A stretch of 64,000 bases of DNA from Spirochaetaceae bacterium (GTDB lineage: Bacteria > Spirochaetota > Spirochaetia > DSM-2461): NCBI GenBank assembly GCA_051531975.1, contig JAOPTT010000002.1:249968-313967 (forward strand), written 5' to 3'. The translations under genes were made by a program, and so were the position numbers. Shown here piece by piece: positions 19,332-28,657 of the stretch (position 1 is the first letter of the stretch; every line of letters starts with the position of its first letter). The notes beneath the pieces are model-generated. The model worked only from the letters and a program-made list of their open reading frames with translations. It was not told the DNA's origin and did not search any database.

Positions 19332-20090
19332 ATGAAAAAGATACTTTTTATTATCTGTGAAGTAGTATTTCTGTCTATTTTTATATTTCCAGATGAGATT
19401 CCTCCAATAATTATTGGTACGGATCCATTCCCTCCATATTCAATACAAAATAACTCAGAAGAATATACCGGCTTAGCTACTGACATTATTAAAGAAATTT
19501 TAAATGAGATGGAAACACCTTATAAAATAGAAGTATATCCATGGGCAAAATCACTAATAATGTTAAAAACAGGAAAGATCCAAGCTCTATATACAATTGG
19601 AAAAACAGAAGAGCGGGAAAAAGACTTTTACTTCCCAGATGAACCACTTTGCTTTTCTAGGTGGGTATTTTTTATACGGAAAGAAGATAAAGGTATTTTA
19701 AAATACAATTCATTAGATGATTTAAAAGGTAAACAAATAGGTCTAATAAGAGACTATAAATATACTCCAGAACTTTGGGAGTTTGTAAATAAACATAAAA
19801 ACTTTTATATACTACCAGATGAAAAAACAAGCTTTAAACTATTAGCCTCAAAAAGAGTTGATTATATTATAAACGACTATATCACTGGAACAATTTTATC
19901 CAAGGAACTTGGTCTCTCAGAATCTATAACGGCTCTTAACGAAGTTCCTTTGGAAATAACACCTCTTTATATTGCTTTTAGTAAAAGTGAATACAGTGAA
20001 AAAGTTGTAAAAGAGTTTTCTACCAGGCTTAAAATATTTAAGAATAGCAGTAGATATTCAACTTTATCTAACTCTTATTTAGATCAATAA
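19332..20090 (+). CDS. Solute-binding protein family 3 (amino acid type), no permease adjacent
   Basis: FPPYS, G.ATDI, YPW, ERE..F.F, LKGK.IG.IR.Y.Y, RVD. Confidence 0.85.
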   Translation: MKKILFIICEVVFLSIFIFPDEIPPIIIGTDPFPPYSIQNNSEEYTGLATDIIKEILNEMETPYKIEVYPWAKSLIMLKTGKIQALYTIGKTEEREKDFYFPDEPLCFSRWVFFIRKEDKGILKYNSLDDLKGKQIGLIRDYKYTPELWEFVNKHKNFYILPDEKTSFKLLASKRVDYIINDYITGTILSKELGLSESITALNEVPLEITPLYIAFSKSEYSEKVVKEFSTRLKIFKNSSRYSTLSNSYLDQ

Positions 20091-20097
20091 TATTGTA

Positions 20098-20832
20098 TTA
20101 AAACATTAATTCATGGGTGAGAGGGGATTTATAATTAGGTATATGTTCTATTTTTAAACCATCTGTTTGTAGAGCATTTTCAACTATTTTTTTAACAAAG
20201 ATATGGGTATTTGCATCAGATAATAGTTCATCTACTGGCATCCAGATAGCTTTAGATATTTCTGATGGATCAATAATTATTTCAGAACTCAGAGGTTTTA
20301 ACATACAAGTAAAATATATGTCAGATTTTCCATACCTATAACCATGCCAATGTCTAAAACTATTAACAGAGATAAACTCAGTTGTTATGCCAGTCTCCTC
20401 AAAAACTTCTCTAACAACAGCATCGGAAATATGTTCCCCAGGATCTAAAGCACCTCCTGGAAGTTTATATGTTTTTATCTTATGAAACCTTTCGTGGATA
20501 ACAAGGATTCTATTTTGATCATCAATTACTACACCACCGGCACCAATATAATGTGTAGCATAACCAGGAACAAAAGCATCTTTTACTAATTTAAGGGTTA
20601 GAAGTAGTCCATTTTCATCGGCGTGGTGAAACAAAAAACCTGAATCAACAGCAGCTGAAATTAAATTAGCTTTAGATGTTGGAAGAAATAACCATATTAG
20701 TCTTGCAGTATCATTACTTAATTCTTGTATTGTTTCTTCTAAATTTAGTTTAAATGTTTTAGCATCAGTTTCTAATATCTCTGAGTCTATAACAGCCCCA
20801 CCAAACTCATTTATTTCATATTTTAATATCAT
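20098..20832 (-). CDS. NUDIX hydrolase (NUDT6-like)
   Basis: Nudix box PGGALDPGE.ISDAVVREVFEETG; N-terminal GFLFHHA domain. Confidence 0.9.
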   Translation of the reverse strand: MILKYEINEFGGAVIDSEILETDAKTFKLNLEETIQELSNDTARLIWLFLPTSKANLISAAVDSGFLFHHADENGLLLTLKLVKDAFVPGYATHYIGAGGVVIDDQNRILVIHERFHKIKTYKLPGGALDPGEHISDAVVREVFEETGITTEFISVNSFRHWHGYRYGKSDIYFTCMLKPLSSEIIIDPSEISKAIWMPVDELLSDANTHIFVKKIVENALQTDGLKIEHIPNYKSPLTHELMF

Positions 20833-20888
20833 ACATATAATTTATACGTTTTTACTAATGTTATCAAATGATAAAATACCTTATTGCA

Positions 20889-22580
20889 TTAGCTGGACAT
20901 TCTATTATAAATTTCTTCCATCTGTTTGTGTAGCTTTAAAAAAGCTTTAAAAACAACCGGTCCAAAAATATCTTCACCAGATCTACCAGTTCTATCATCG
21001 GTGGTTAAGATATTAAGAGTCTTTTCATGACTAAACCCATCTTTATATTGCCTTGGACTTCTAAGGGCATCATACCTATCAGCTAAAGATACAATTAAAC
21101 ACTCTATTGGTATTTCATCTGCCTTTAAAGGCCTACATTTGGAATAAAAGCCTGGTTCAGTAGAGAGTTCCTCCACCATATTTCCATTAGTATTTATTAA
21201 AGCTGGATATCCAGAACCTGACCACTCTTGATGATGTAATAAAGAGATTTTTTTTGCCAATTCTAATCTAGGATCATCTTCGACACCTCTACTTATCATT
21301 TTCTCGATTATCTGTGCACCATAAATTGGATGCATCTGCATTAATTCTCTCTCGGCTGGAGTATATATTCTATCAATTTTAATTATGTCTGGTATGGCAA
21401 CCTTCCCGATATCGTGAATTGCAGCAACTTGTCCTATCCAAACAGATGTCTTTTCATCTAGATTTAACTCTCTAGCAATTAATTCCGAATAATAATTAAC
21501 TCTATAAATATGTTGCCCTGTTATTTCATCACTAAATTCTGCTGCTGCACAGAGCCCATCAATTGCTTCTAAGAACCTTAAGTCATTCTTCTTTGCCATA
21601 TCGATTAAAGTACTTATAATCCTGGTATTATCTAATAAAGCTTCCATTGCTTTTAAATCATAGCTGGTTATTTCAGATTTTTTATTAAAAGTGATAATTG
21701 AAATATTTTCTTTATGATAATTTATAAAGTTAGTAATATCGAAACCCATAAATTCCTTAATTTTATTATCAAAAGGATAAATTGATTCAAACTCTGTTTG
21801 GTTGTTATAATTTGATTTAGAATCCGTTACAATTTTATTTTTTTGTCTAGATATATTAATCGGTGCTGAACTATCAGAACTTATAGCTATAGATTCTGAC
21901 TTCACTAAAACACCATTATCAATACGATATGCATGGCCGTTTAATGAACCACTATAATTTAACTGAGTAATAAACAGTCCTGAGTAATCTTTTTTTAATA
22001 CAAGAGCCGATAGTCTATCATATACATCATTAGTATATATAAGATCATCTAATGAGTTTAAAATATCATTACTGAAATGTTTTTGTACTTCTAGTTTAAG
22101 ATCAAGGTTACGACTCAGGGTAATATCATGCAACCACACAAGTGAATTATTATTTACAACTTTAATACTTGCGCTATACCATTTTTTTAATTTAATTGAG
22201 AAAACTTGGTCTTCATTTTTAAGTTTTTTATCTCTTAAAGTTATTAGATCAGATAGTTTTTTTATTCCATGCTCTTTGAAAAGATGTTCCGTTTTTCCTG
22301 CAGCTGCAACAATATTCCCATTTTCATCCATTACAAAAGCTGGATCATTATTCTCTTGAGGAAGAAGTAATAAAATATCTTTTTTTCTATTTTTAAACAT
22401 AACTGCTGCTTTAGAAAATGATTGAACAAAGATAGGAACTAAAAACGGTGTTAAATTAGAAAAGATATATCCTGTTGTAATCAGATTTATAATTAACCCA
22501 ACAATAAATGAAATTAGATAATTTAAAGGTTTAATCAATTCTAAAAAGATAAGTTTTGCCATAATAATAATTTTTTTCAT
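20889..22580 (-). CDS. Membrane-anchored HD-GYP cyclic-dinucleotide phosphodiesterase
   Basis: TGQHIYRV, HDIGK, HHQEWSGSGYP, ADRYDAL, RQYK; N-terminal TM segments; start moved to ATG 22580. Confidence 0.88.
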   Translation of the reverse strand: MKKIIIMAKLIFLELIKPLNYLISFIVGLIINLITTGYIFSNLTPFLVPIFVQSFSKAAVMFKNRKKDILLLLPQENNDPAFVMDENGNIVAAAGKTEHLFKEHGIKKLSDLITLRDKKLKNEDQVFSIKLKKWYSASIKVVNNNSLVWLHDITLSRNLDLKLEVQKHFSNDILNSLDDLIYTNDVYDRLSALVLKKDYSGLFITQLNYSGSLNGHAYRIDNGVLVKSESIAISSDSSAPINISRQKNKIVTDSKSNYNNQTEFESIYPFDNKIKEFMGFDITNFINYHKENISIITFNKKSEITSYDLKAMEALLDNTRIISTLIDMAKKNDLRFLEAIDGLCAAAEFSDEITGQHIYRVNYYSELIARELNLDEKTSVWIGQVAAIHDIGKVAIPDIIKIDRIYTPAERELMQMHPIYGAQIIEKMISRGVEDDPRLELAKKISLLHHQEWSGSGYPALINTNGNMVEELSTEPGFYSKCRPLKADEIPIECLIVSLADRYDALRSPRQYKDGFSHEKTLNILTTDDRTGRSGEDIFGPVVFKAFLKLHKQMEEIYNRMSS

Positions 22581-22761
22581 ATAAATAATATTATGTCGAC
22601 TCTGTATATTATGCAACATTATTGAACTTTTTGTATTGTTAATTTCAGTATTTCAATTAAAACTGATATTTTATTTGATCTTACTCTCTTTTTTTGTGTT
22701 TTGGGAAGAAATGACTAATTCTGTTGTTTATAAGATTATACAATTATGATTATTATTATCA

Positions 22762-22790
22762 TTTACAAGCAGTAAAACCTTTGTTATAGT
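22762..22790 (+). promoter_or_regulatory. Sigma70 promoter of the ABC-F leader
   Basis: TTTACA-17 nt-TATAGT with extended -10 TG. Confidence 0.7.
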
Positions 22791-22814
22791 TAAATTATTA
22801 AGAAAGGATGACCG

Positions 22815-22862
22815 ATGAAAATTACCGTATTAAATGCAAAGAAATTTGAAAGAGACATTTAG
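22815..22862 (+). CDS. Putative attenuator leader peptide MKITVLNAKKFERDI
   Basis: AAGGA RBS, 15 codons, tandem TAG TAG stops, located between the promoter and a terminator. Confidence 0.65.
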   Translation: MKITVLNAKKFERDI

Positions 22863-22885
22863 TAGGTAATTATAATCTTATATAT

Positions 22886-22914
22886 AAACCCGAGGCTAAT
22901 GTCTCGGGTTTTTT
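22886..22914 (+). terminator. Intrinsic terminator in the ABC-F 5' leader (attenuator)
   Basis: AAACCCGAGGC-TAAT-GTCTCGGGTTT followed by further Ts. Confidence 0.85.
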
Positions 22915-23012
22915 ATTTATAACTAATTTTTACAAAAAAACAGGAGAGAGAACATGAAAATTAAGCAGATGGAAAACAAAACAAAGAGAACTAAAACAGA
23001 AGGAAGTCAATT

Positions 23013-24575
23013 TTGCTTATACAGGGACAAAAAATATCATATAGATATAAAACAAACAGTGAATATACATTAGAAGATATCTCATTTAGATTAGACAACA
23101 AAAGTAAAGTTGGACTAATTGGAGATAATGGAACAGGAAAATCAACACTACTTAAAATATTAATTGGTCAATTAAAACCAGAGGGTTTATTAACCAATAG
23201 TATGGAGATAGCATATCTATCCCAGGAAGTAGAAACAGAATCAAATAAAGTAATAGACCTACTCTATTTAAAGAAGGAAAAGTTATTAAATCTACGGATT
23301 GCAATCGAAGCGTTCCAAGATGATGACTGCACTATATTTTCTGATTATCAGGAAGCAGGTGGTTGGGATTACGAAGTCCAGATTGATAAATGGTTAACTA
23401 GATTTAACTTTACAAAAAAAGACCTATACAGAGATTTAATAGAGTTAAGTGGTGGTGAGAAAACAAAGATTAATCTAATTTCCCTACTCTTACAAGATCC
23501 TGATATTCTACTGCTAGATGAACCAACAAATCACCTCGATTTAGAATCAACTCTATGGTTAGAATCATTTCTTAAAAGTCATAAAACCCCTTACATTATT
23601 ATTAGTCACGATAGAGAGTTTTTAGATAATATAACGACTACAACGTGGGAAATAGAAGATAACAGGCTAGAAGAGTATTCAGGAAACTACAGCTTTTATA
23701 AAAAGATGAAGGAAGAAAAATACAATCTAGAGATGCATCTCTACCAAGAGCAATGTAAAAAGGTTAACAAGCTAAAAAAGTCTTTAAAAGATAGGAAGGA
23801 CTGGGGCTTAAGTCACCAAGCCCAGACAGGGCCTAATGGTTATGCACCAATTTACGAAGAGTTAAAAAACAAAGCCAAAAATACAATGAGAAATGCAATG
23901 GTTCTAGAAAATAGGATTCACCTACTAATTGAAAAAGAGGAGAAGAAGAAACCAACTATAAAAGAGAGTGCAAGAATTGTATTTGAACAGAACCTTGGAA
24001 AAGCAGGTAAAAATTGCATAACCATGGAAAATCTAGGTAAATCATTTACTAAAAACCTCTTTAGTGACCTTAATTTAGTAGTTAAACATGGGGAAAGAGT
24101 TGCTGTTACTGGATTAAATGGTTCAGGAAAAACTACCCTACTTAAAATGATTATGGGTTTGGATATAAATTATTCTGGACGGATATTTATTCCAAAAAAT
24201 GTTTTAATATCATACTTTAGCCAAGAGTACGAAGATTTAAACCATAAAAATTCTATTTTAGATGAAATAACAGATGGCGAACTTTCAAACCAAGGGAATG
24301 TAAGACGCTCTTTAGCATCTATAGGATTTAAAGCTGATGATGTATTTAGAATTATAGAAGAGTTAAGTCCAGGGGAGAAAAGTAAGGTAGCACTAGTTAA
24401 GGCAATGTTATCTAATACGAACCTCTTAATTCTAGACGAACCTACAAATCATTTAGAAATTAGAACACGGGAAGTTGTAGAAGAAGCTCTATTAAACTAT
24501 AAAGGAACCATAATTTTTGTATCCCATGACAGAAGGTTTACAAAAAAAGTAGCAACTTCAACTTTTAATTTATAG
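23013..24575 (+). CDS. ABC-F family ATPase, ribosomal-protection-like
   Basis: Two NBDs (GDNGTGKST/LSGGE/DEPTNHLD; GLNGSGKTT/LSPGE/DEPTNHLE), no TM segments, long interdomain linker; TTG start after AAGGAAG. Confidence 0.92.
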   Translation: MLIQGQKISYRYKTNSEYTLEDISFRLDNKSKVGLIGDNGTGKSTLLKILIGQLKPEGLLTNSMEIAYLSQEVETESNKVIDLLYLKKEKLLNLRIAIEAFQDDDCTIFSDYQEAGGWDYEVQIDKWLTRFNFTKKDLYRDLIELSGGEKTKINLISLLLQDPDILLLDEPTNHLDLESTLWLESFLKSHKTPYIIISHDREFLDNITTTTWEIEDNRLEEYSGNYSFYKKMKEEKYNLEMHLYQEQCKKVNKLKKSLKDRKDWGLSHQAQTGPNGYAPIYEELKNKAKNTMRNAMVLENRIHLLIEKEEKKKPTIKESARIVFEQNLGKAGKNCITMENLGKSFTKNLFSDLNLVVKHGERVAVTGLNGSGKTTLLKMIMGLDINYSGRIFIPKNVLISYFSQEYEDLNHKNSILDEITDGELSNQGNVRRSLASIGFKADDVFRIIEELSPGEKSKVALVKAMLSNTNLLILDEPTNHLEIRTREVVEEALLNYKGTIIFVSHDRRFTKKVATSTFNL

Positions 24576-24580
24576 TAAGG

Positions 24581-24612
24581 AAAAATTAGGACTACCATAA
24601 GGTAGTCCTTTA
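24581..24612. terminator. Bidirectional terminator between the ABC-F and GH42 genes
   Basis: AGGACTACC-ATAA-GGTAGTCCT flanked by A/T runs. Confidence 0.8.
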
Positions 24613-24616
24613 ATAA

Positions 24617-26698
24617 CTATTTTTTTAATATTTTAATCCCATAGGGTTTAATTTCCCACTTTAAACCTCTGTTAAAATCTATTAAACACTCATATTCTGA
24701 TGCTGTTTTAAACTCTTCACTGTTGGAGCTGAAGTTCATAACAAATAGATATTCATTATTGATATCAGTCCTTTTTTGAAAGTTTAATAAACCTGTAAAA
24801 CTGTCTATCTGCTCCAAATTAGAGCTTAAATCACAACTAGTAATTAATTTATTATAGAACTTACCTAAATCCTCTACATCCATTCTACCAGCGATATGCA
24901 TAGCCTCCCCCTTACCATAATGATTAATAGTTACAGATGCTTTGCCGTCTGCAATTCCTCCACTAAACGTTGATAAAGTTTTAGCCGTTTTTAGATTAAC
25001 GATCTCGTAGTAGTCCTTAATAGTGGCACTCTTTTTTGTATTACAATCGATACTTTTTATACTTTCAAACTGATGAAGAACATCGATCTGTTCAATATTT
25101 ATTCCTAAAATTTCTGTTAATGGCCCAGGAGCTCCACCCTCAAAACATAGATCTGTTTCATTTACATAACCAGTCTGGTAAGTGGTTATAAGAGTTCCAC
25201 CATTTTTAACAAATTTTTCTATAGTTTTAACCATCTGTTTATTAACCATATGTAACATTGGAGCTACTAAAACTTTATAACCTTTTAGGGAATCCTCACC
25301 AGAAACGATATCCATCTGAATACCTTTGTCCCATAGCGCATAATAATGCTTTTTTATAGTTTCAAGGTATGCTTTTTGTCGGGTATTTATTGGACCTTGG
25401 CTATTTTCAAATGCCCATCTATTTTCCCAATTAAACAAAAGAGCAACTTCAGATTTATACTCTGATTTTGATAATGGTTTTATATCTTTAAGTATCTGGC
25501 CTAATTTTTTTGACTCTTTAAATGTCCTTGTTTCATTTGATCCACTATGATCAACAACTGTACCGTGGAATTTCTCTGAACTACCTTTACTACTTCTCCA
25601 CTGAAAATATTGTACAGAGTTAGAACCGTGGGCTATGGCTTGTAGACTTGTTAATATATTCATACCTGGCTTTTTAAGTTTGCTTATTTTTTGCCAGTTA
25701 ACATTTGTAGGAGTACTCTCCATAAGTAAAAAGTGCCCATTACCAATTGATCTAAAAAGGTCATGGTTAAATGCAACTTCAGAAGCTCTTCTATAATCAT
25801 CTACAGGTATATCTTCTATAGAATCAGGTATGAATTGAAAACCAGGTAGATGCCAGGCTGGGTAAGAGTCCCAAGATGAGACATCTATTTCATCCCTAAA
25901 CTTCCAATAATCAAGAAGAAAGTCGGTGTTTGGATCATCGGCAACTTGCATCATATTTGTAGTGGTTGGAATATCTGTACTAACTTCTCTTAATGTTTTT
26001 ATCTCGGACTTCATAAAATCTATGGTTTTAAATGTTATAAACCGTTTCCAGTCTAAGTTTTTAGCATGTAGAGTAGAATCACCATGGGGAACAGGAGAGT
26101 GAATAAAATTCCAATCAGTTATTTTATGAGACCAAAAAATTGACCACCAGGCCCGGTTTAAATTATCTAAAGTTTTATATCTATCTTTTAACCAATCTCT
26201 AAAACCTTCTTGGCAAAGTTCACAGTGACAATCTCCACCATACTCATTGGAGAGATGCCATAATATTACAGCTGGATGTTTTGCATATCTAGCTGCTAAT
26301 TTACTATTTATTAAATGTAGTTTTTCTCTATATATAGGAGAACTATAACAGTGATTATGTCTTTCTCCATAAATATTTCTTTGTCCATTTTCAGATGTTC
26401 TTAATACCTCAGGATATTTATGTGCTAACCAGCTAGGTCTTGCCCCAGATGGAGTTGATAAAAAAACCTTAATACCAGCGGAATGCAGATTATCTAAAAT
26501 ATCATCTAACCATTCAAATGTAAAAACACCTTCTGTAGCTTCTATTGTACTCCAAGAGAACATTCCTAGGGCTACAACTGTTATATTAGCTTGCTTCATT
26601 AGTTCTATATCAGACTTTAATATATCAGGCCTATCTAACCACTGGTCAGGATTATAGTCTGCTCCATATAACATATCGTCGGTTATTTTCCATTTCAT
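24617..26698 (-). CDS. GH42 beta-galactosidase
   Basis: YGADYNPDQW, WHLSNEYGG, SWDSYP, LMESTP, SEKFHG. Confidence 0.95.
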   Translation of the reverse strand: MKWKITDDMLYGADYNPDQWLDRPDILKSDIELMKQANITVVALGMFSWSTIEATEGVFTFEWLDDILDNLHSAGIKVFLSTPSGARPSWLAHKYPEVLRTSENGQRNIYGERHNHCYSSPIYREKLHLINSKLAARYAKHPAVILWHLSNEYGGDCHCELCQEGFRDWLKDRYKTLDNLNRAWWSIFWSHKITDWNFIHSPVPHGDSTLHAKNLDWKRFITFKTIDFMKSEIKTLREVSTDIPTTTNMMQVADDPNTDFLLDYWKFRDEIDVSSWDSYPAWHLPGFQFIPDSIEDIPVDDYRRASEVAFNHDLFRSIGNGHFLLMESTPTNVNWQKISKLKKPGMNILTSLQAIAHGSNSVQYFQWRSSKGSSEKFHGTVVDHSGSNETRTFKESKKLGQILKDIKPLSKSEYKSEVALLFNWENRWAFENSQGPINTRQKAYLETIKKHYYALWDKGIQMDIVSGEDSLKGYKVLVAPMLHMVNKQMVKTIEKFVKNGGTLITTYQTGYVNETDLCFEGGAPGPLTEILGINIEQIDVLHQFESIKSIDCNTKKSATIKDYYEIVNLKTAKTLSTFSGGIADGKASVTINHYGKGEAMHIAGRMDVEDLGKFYNKLITSCDLSSNLEQIDSFTGLLNFQKRTDINNEYLFVMNFSSNSEEFKTASEYECLIDFNRGLKWEIKPYGIKILKK

Positions 26699-26892
26699 TT
26701 TATACCACCTAAATTTCGTTTATATAATATTACATGGTGTTTCCCAAATTGACTTCTATCAATTTAATAGAGGACTAACAATTACCAAGATAATGTGGAA
26801 ACACCTATTGTATTGGGAATGCCTATTGATTTGTTAGTATATGCATAACTCTTTTAGACCTACCATAAAAAACATAGATAAGGATGGTTTAA

Positions 26893-28371
26893 ATGATTAA
26901 TTATATAATTAATACAAATGCAAAAAAATCTAAGATCAATAAAAATATTTATGGGCATTTTTCTGAACATCTAGGTAGATGTATATATGAAGGTCTATTT
27001 GTAGGTCCTGAATCAGAAATTGAAAATGTAGATGGTATTAGGACAGATGTTGTAAATGCACTAAAAAATATGAAAATACCAGTCTTAAGGTGGCCTGGAG
27101 GTTGCTTTGCAGATGAATATCACTGGAAAGATGGTATTGGACCAAAAGAGAATCGTAAAAAAATGATAAATACCAACTGGGGTGGACTAGTTGAAGATAA
27201 TAGTTTTGGAACCCATGAGTTTATGAAACTTTGTGAACTACTAGATTGTGAACCGTATATAAATGGAAATGTTGGTAGTGGAACAGTTCAGGAGATGTCA
27301 GAATGGGTTGAATATTTAACCTTTAATGGAACCTCTCCAATGGCTAAGCTCAGGGAAGAAAATGGTAATAAAAATCCATGGGATGTGAAGTATTTTGGAG
27401 TTGGTAACGAAAGCTGGGGTTGTGGTGGAAATATGCGCCCTGAATATTACGCAGACTTATATAGGCAGTTCCAGACATATGTAAGAGATTATAGTAATAA
27501 TAAAATATTTAAAATTGCTTGTGGTCCAAACGAAGATAACTATGAGTGGACCGATGTTTTAATGTCTAGAGCTGGTGAATTTATGAATGGGCTAACACTA
27601 CACTACTATACAATACCATTTGAATGGGAAAATAAAGGTTCTTCTACAATAATGAGTGATTCAGACTTTTATGTAACCATTAAAAAGACACTATTTATGG
27701 AAGAACTACTAGTTAAACACAGTAGAATTATGGATAAACACGATCCTGAAAAAAAGGTAGATCTAATTGTTGACGAATGGGGAAGTTGGTACGATGTAGA
27801 ACCTGGAACAAACCCTGGGTTTTTATACCAACAAAATACAATGAGAGATGCATTAATAGCAGGAATAAATCTTAATATCTTTAATAAACACTCAGATAGG
27901 GTTCGTATGGCAAATATTGCCCAGGTTGTTAATGTTCTTCAGGCTGTTATATTAACAGATGGTAAAAAAATGATATTAACCCCAACATATCATGTTTTTG
28001 AAATGTTTAAAGATCACCAGGACAATATACTTCTAGAAAGTTCTATAGATTCTGATTTGGTAGGAACTAAGGGTAGTGAAGTAACAGAGTTAATAGAGTC
28101 GGCATCAGTAAATGAAAATGGGGACATAATTATAACAATATGTAACCTTGATATCTATAAAGAGAAACAGATAAATACCCTTTTAGTTGGTTTTAATTGT
28201 AAATCTTTAACAGGTGAAATTATATCTGGAAAGATGGACGACCATAATACTTTTGAAGTCCCTGAATCTGTAATCAAAAACAATTTTGATAACTTTACAA
28301 TAACAGATAATGGTTTTGAAGCTGTTATCCCACCTTGCTCTATAGTTAAGATAGTTGCAAAAAACTCGTGA
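26893..28371 (+). CDS. GH51 alpha-L-arabinofuranosidase
   Basis: [42 protein letters not shown]. Confidence 0.95.
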   Translation: MINYIINTNAKKSKINKNIYGHFSEHLGRCIYEGLFVGPESEIENVDGIRTDVVNALKNMKIPVLRWPGGCFADEYHWKDGIGPKENRKKMINTNWGGLVEDNSFGTHEFMKLCELLDCEPYINGNVGSGTVQEMSEWVEYLTFNGTSPMAKLREENGNKNPWDVKYFGVGNESWGCGGNMRPEYYADLYRQFQTYVRDYSNNKIFKIACGPNEDNYEWTDVLMSRAGEFMNGLTLHYYTIPFEWENKGSSTIMSDSDFYVTIKKTLFMEELLVKHSRIMDKHDPEKKVDLIVDEWGSWYDVEPGTNPGFLYQQNTMRDALIAGINLNIFNKHSDRVRMANIAQVVNVLQAVILTDGKKMILTPTYHVFEMFKDHQDNILLESSIDSDLVGTKGSEVTELIESASVNENGDIIITICNLDIYKEKQINTLLVGFNCKSLTGEIISGKMDDHNTFEVPESVIKNNFDNFTITDNGFEAVIPPCSIVKIVAKNS

Positions 28372-28625
28372 TTTATTGTAGAAAATGTAATGAGTTTTCT
28401 GATGATTCTATGGAACTTAAAAGTAAAATTGAGACCTATATTTCAGATATAAAACAAGAGAACAGAACAACTGAAGAAGTTTACAACAATCGTTTAATGG
28501 TTTGTGAAACATGTGACAAATTAATAAATGGAGTTTGCGGAGTTTGTGGCTGCTTTGTACTTGTTAGAGCAGCAATGTTAAATCAGAGCTGTTCCAATCC
28601 TAAAAAAGATTTGTGGAACAGTTAA
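28368..28625 (+). CDS. Small Cys-rich protein (DUF6171-like)
   Basis: CRKC, RL.VC..C..L..G.C..CGCFV..RA...C; GTGA overlap with GH51. Confidence 0.75.
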   Translation: MIYCRKCNEFSDDSMELKSKIETYISDIKQENRTTEEVYNNRLMVCETCDKLINGVCGVCGCFVLVRAAMLNQSCSNPKKDLWNS

Positions 28626-28657
28626 TAAATAAGAATTAAAAGAAATAAGAGTTTATA

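Noticed and set aside
22712..22750. Tiny ORF MTNSVVYKIIQL
   Set aside because: Lies upstream of the predicted ABC-F promoter, has a weak RBS and no supporting structure
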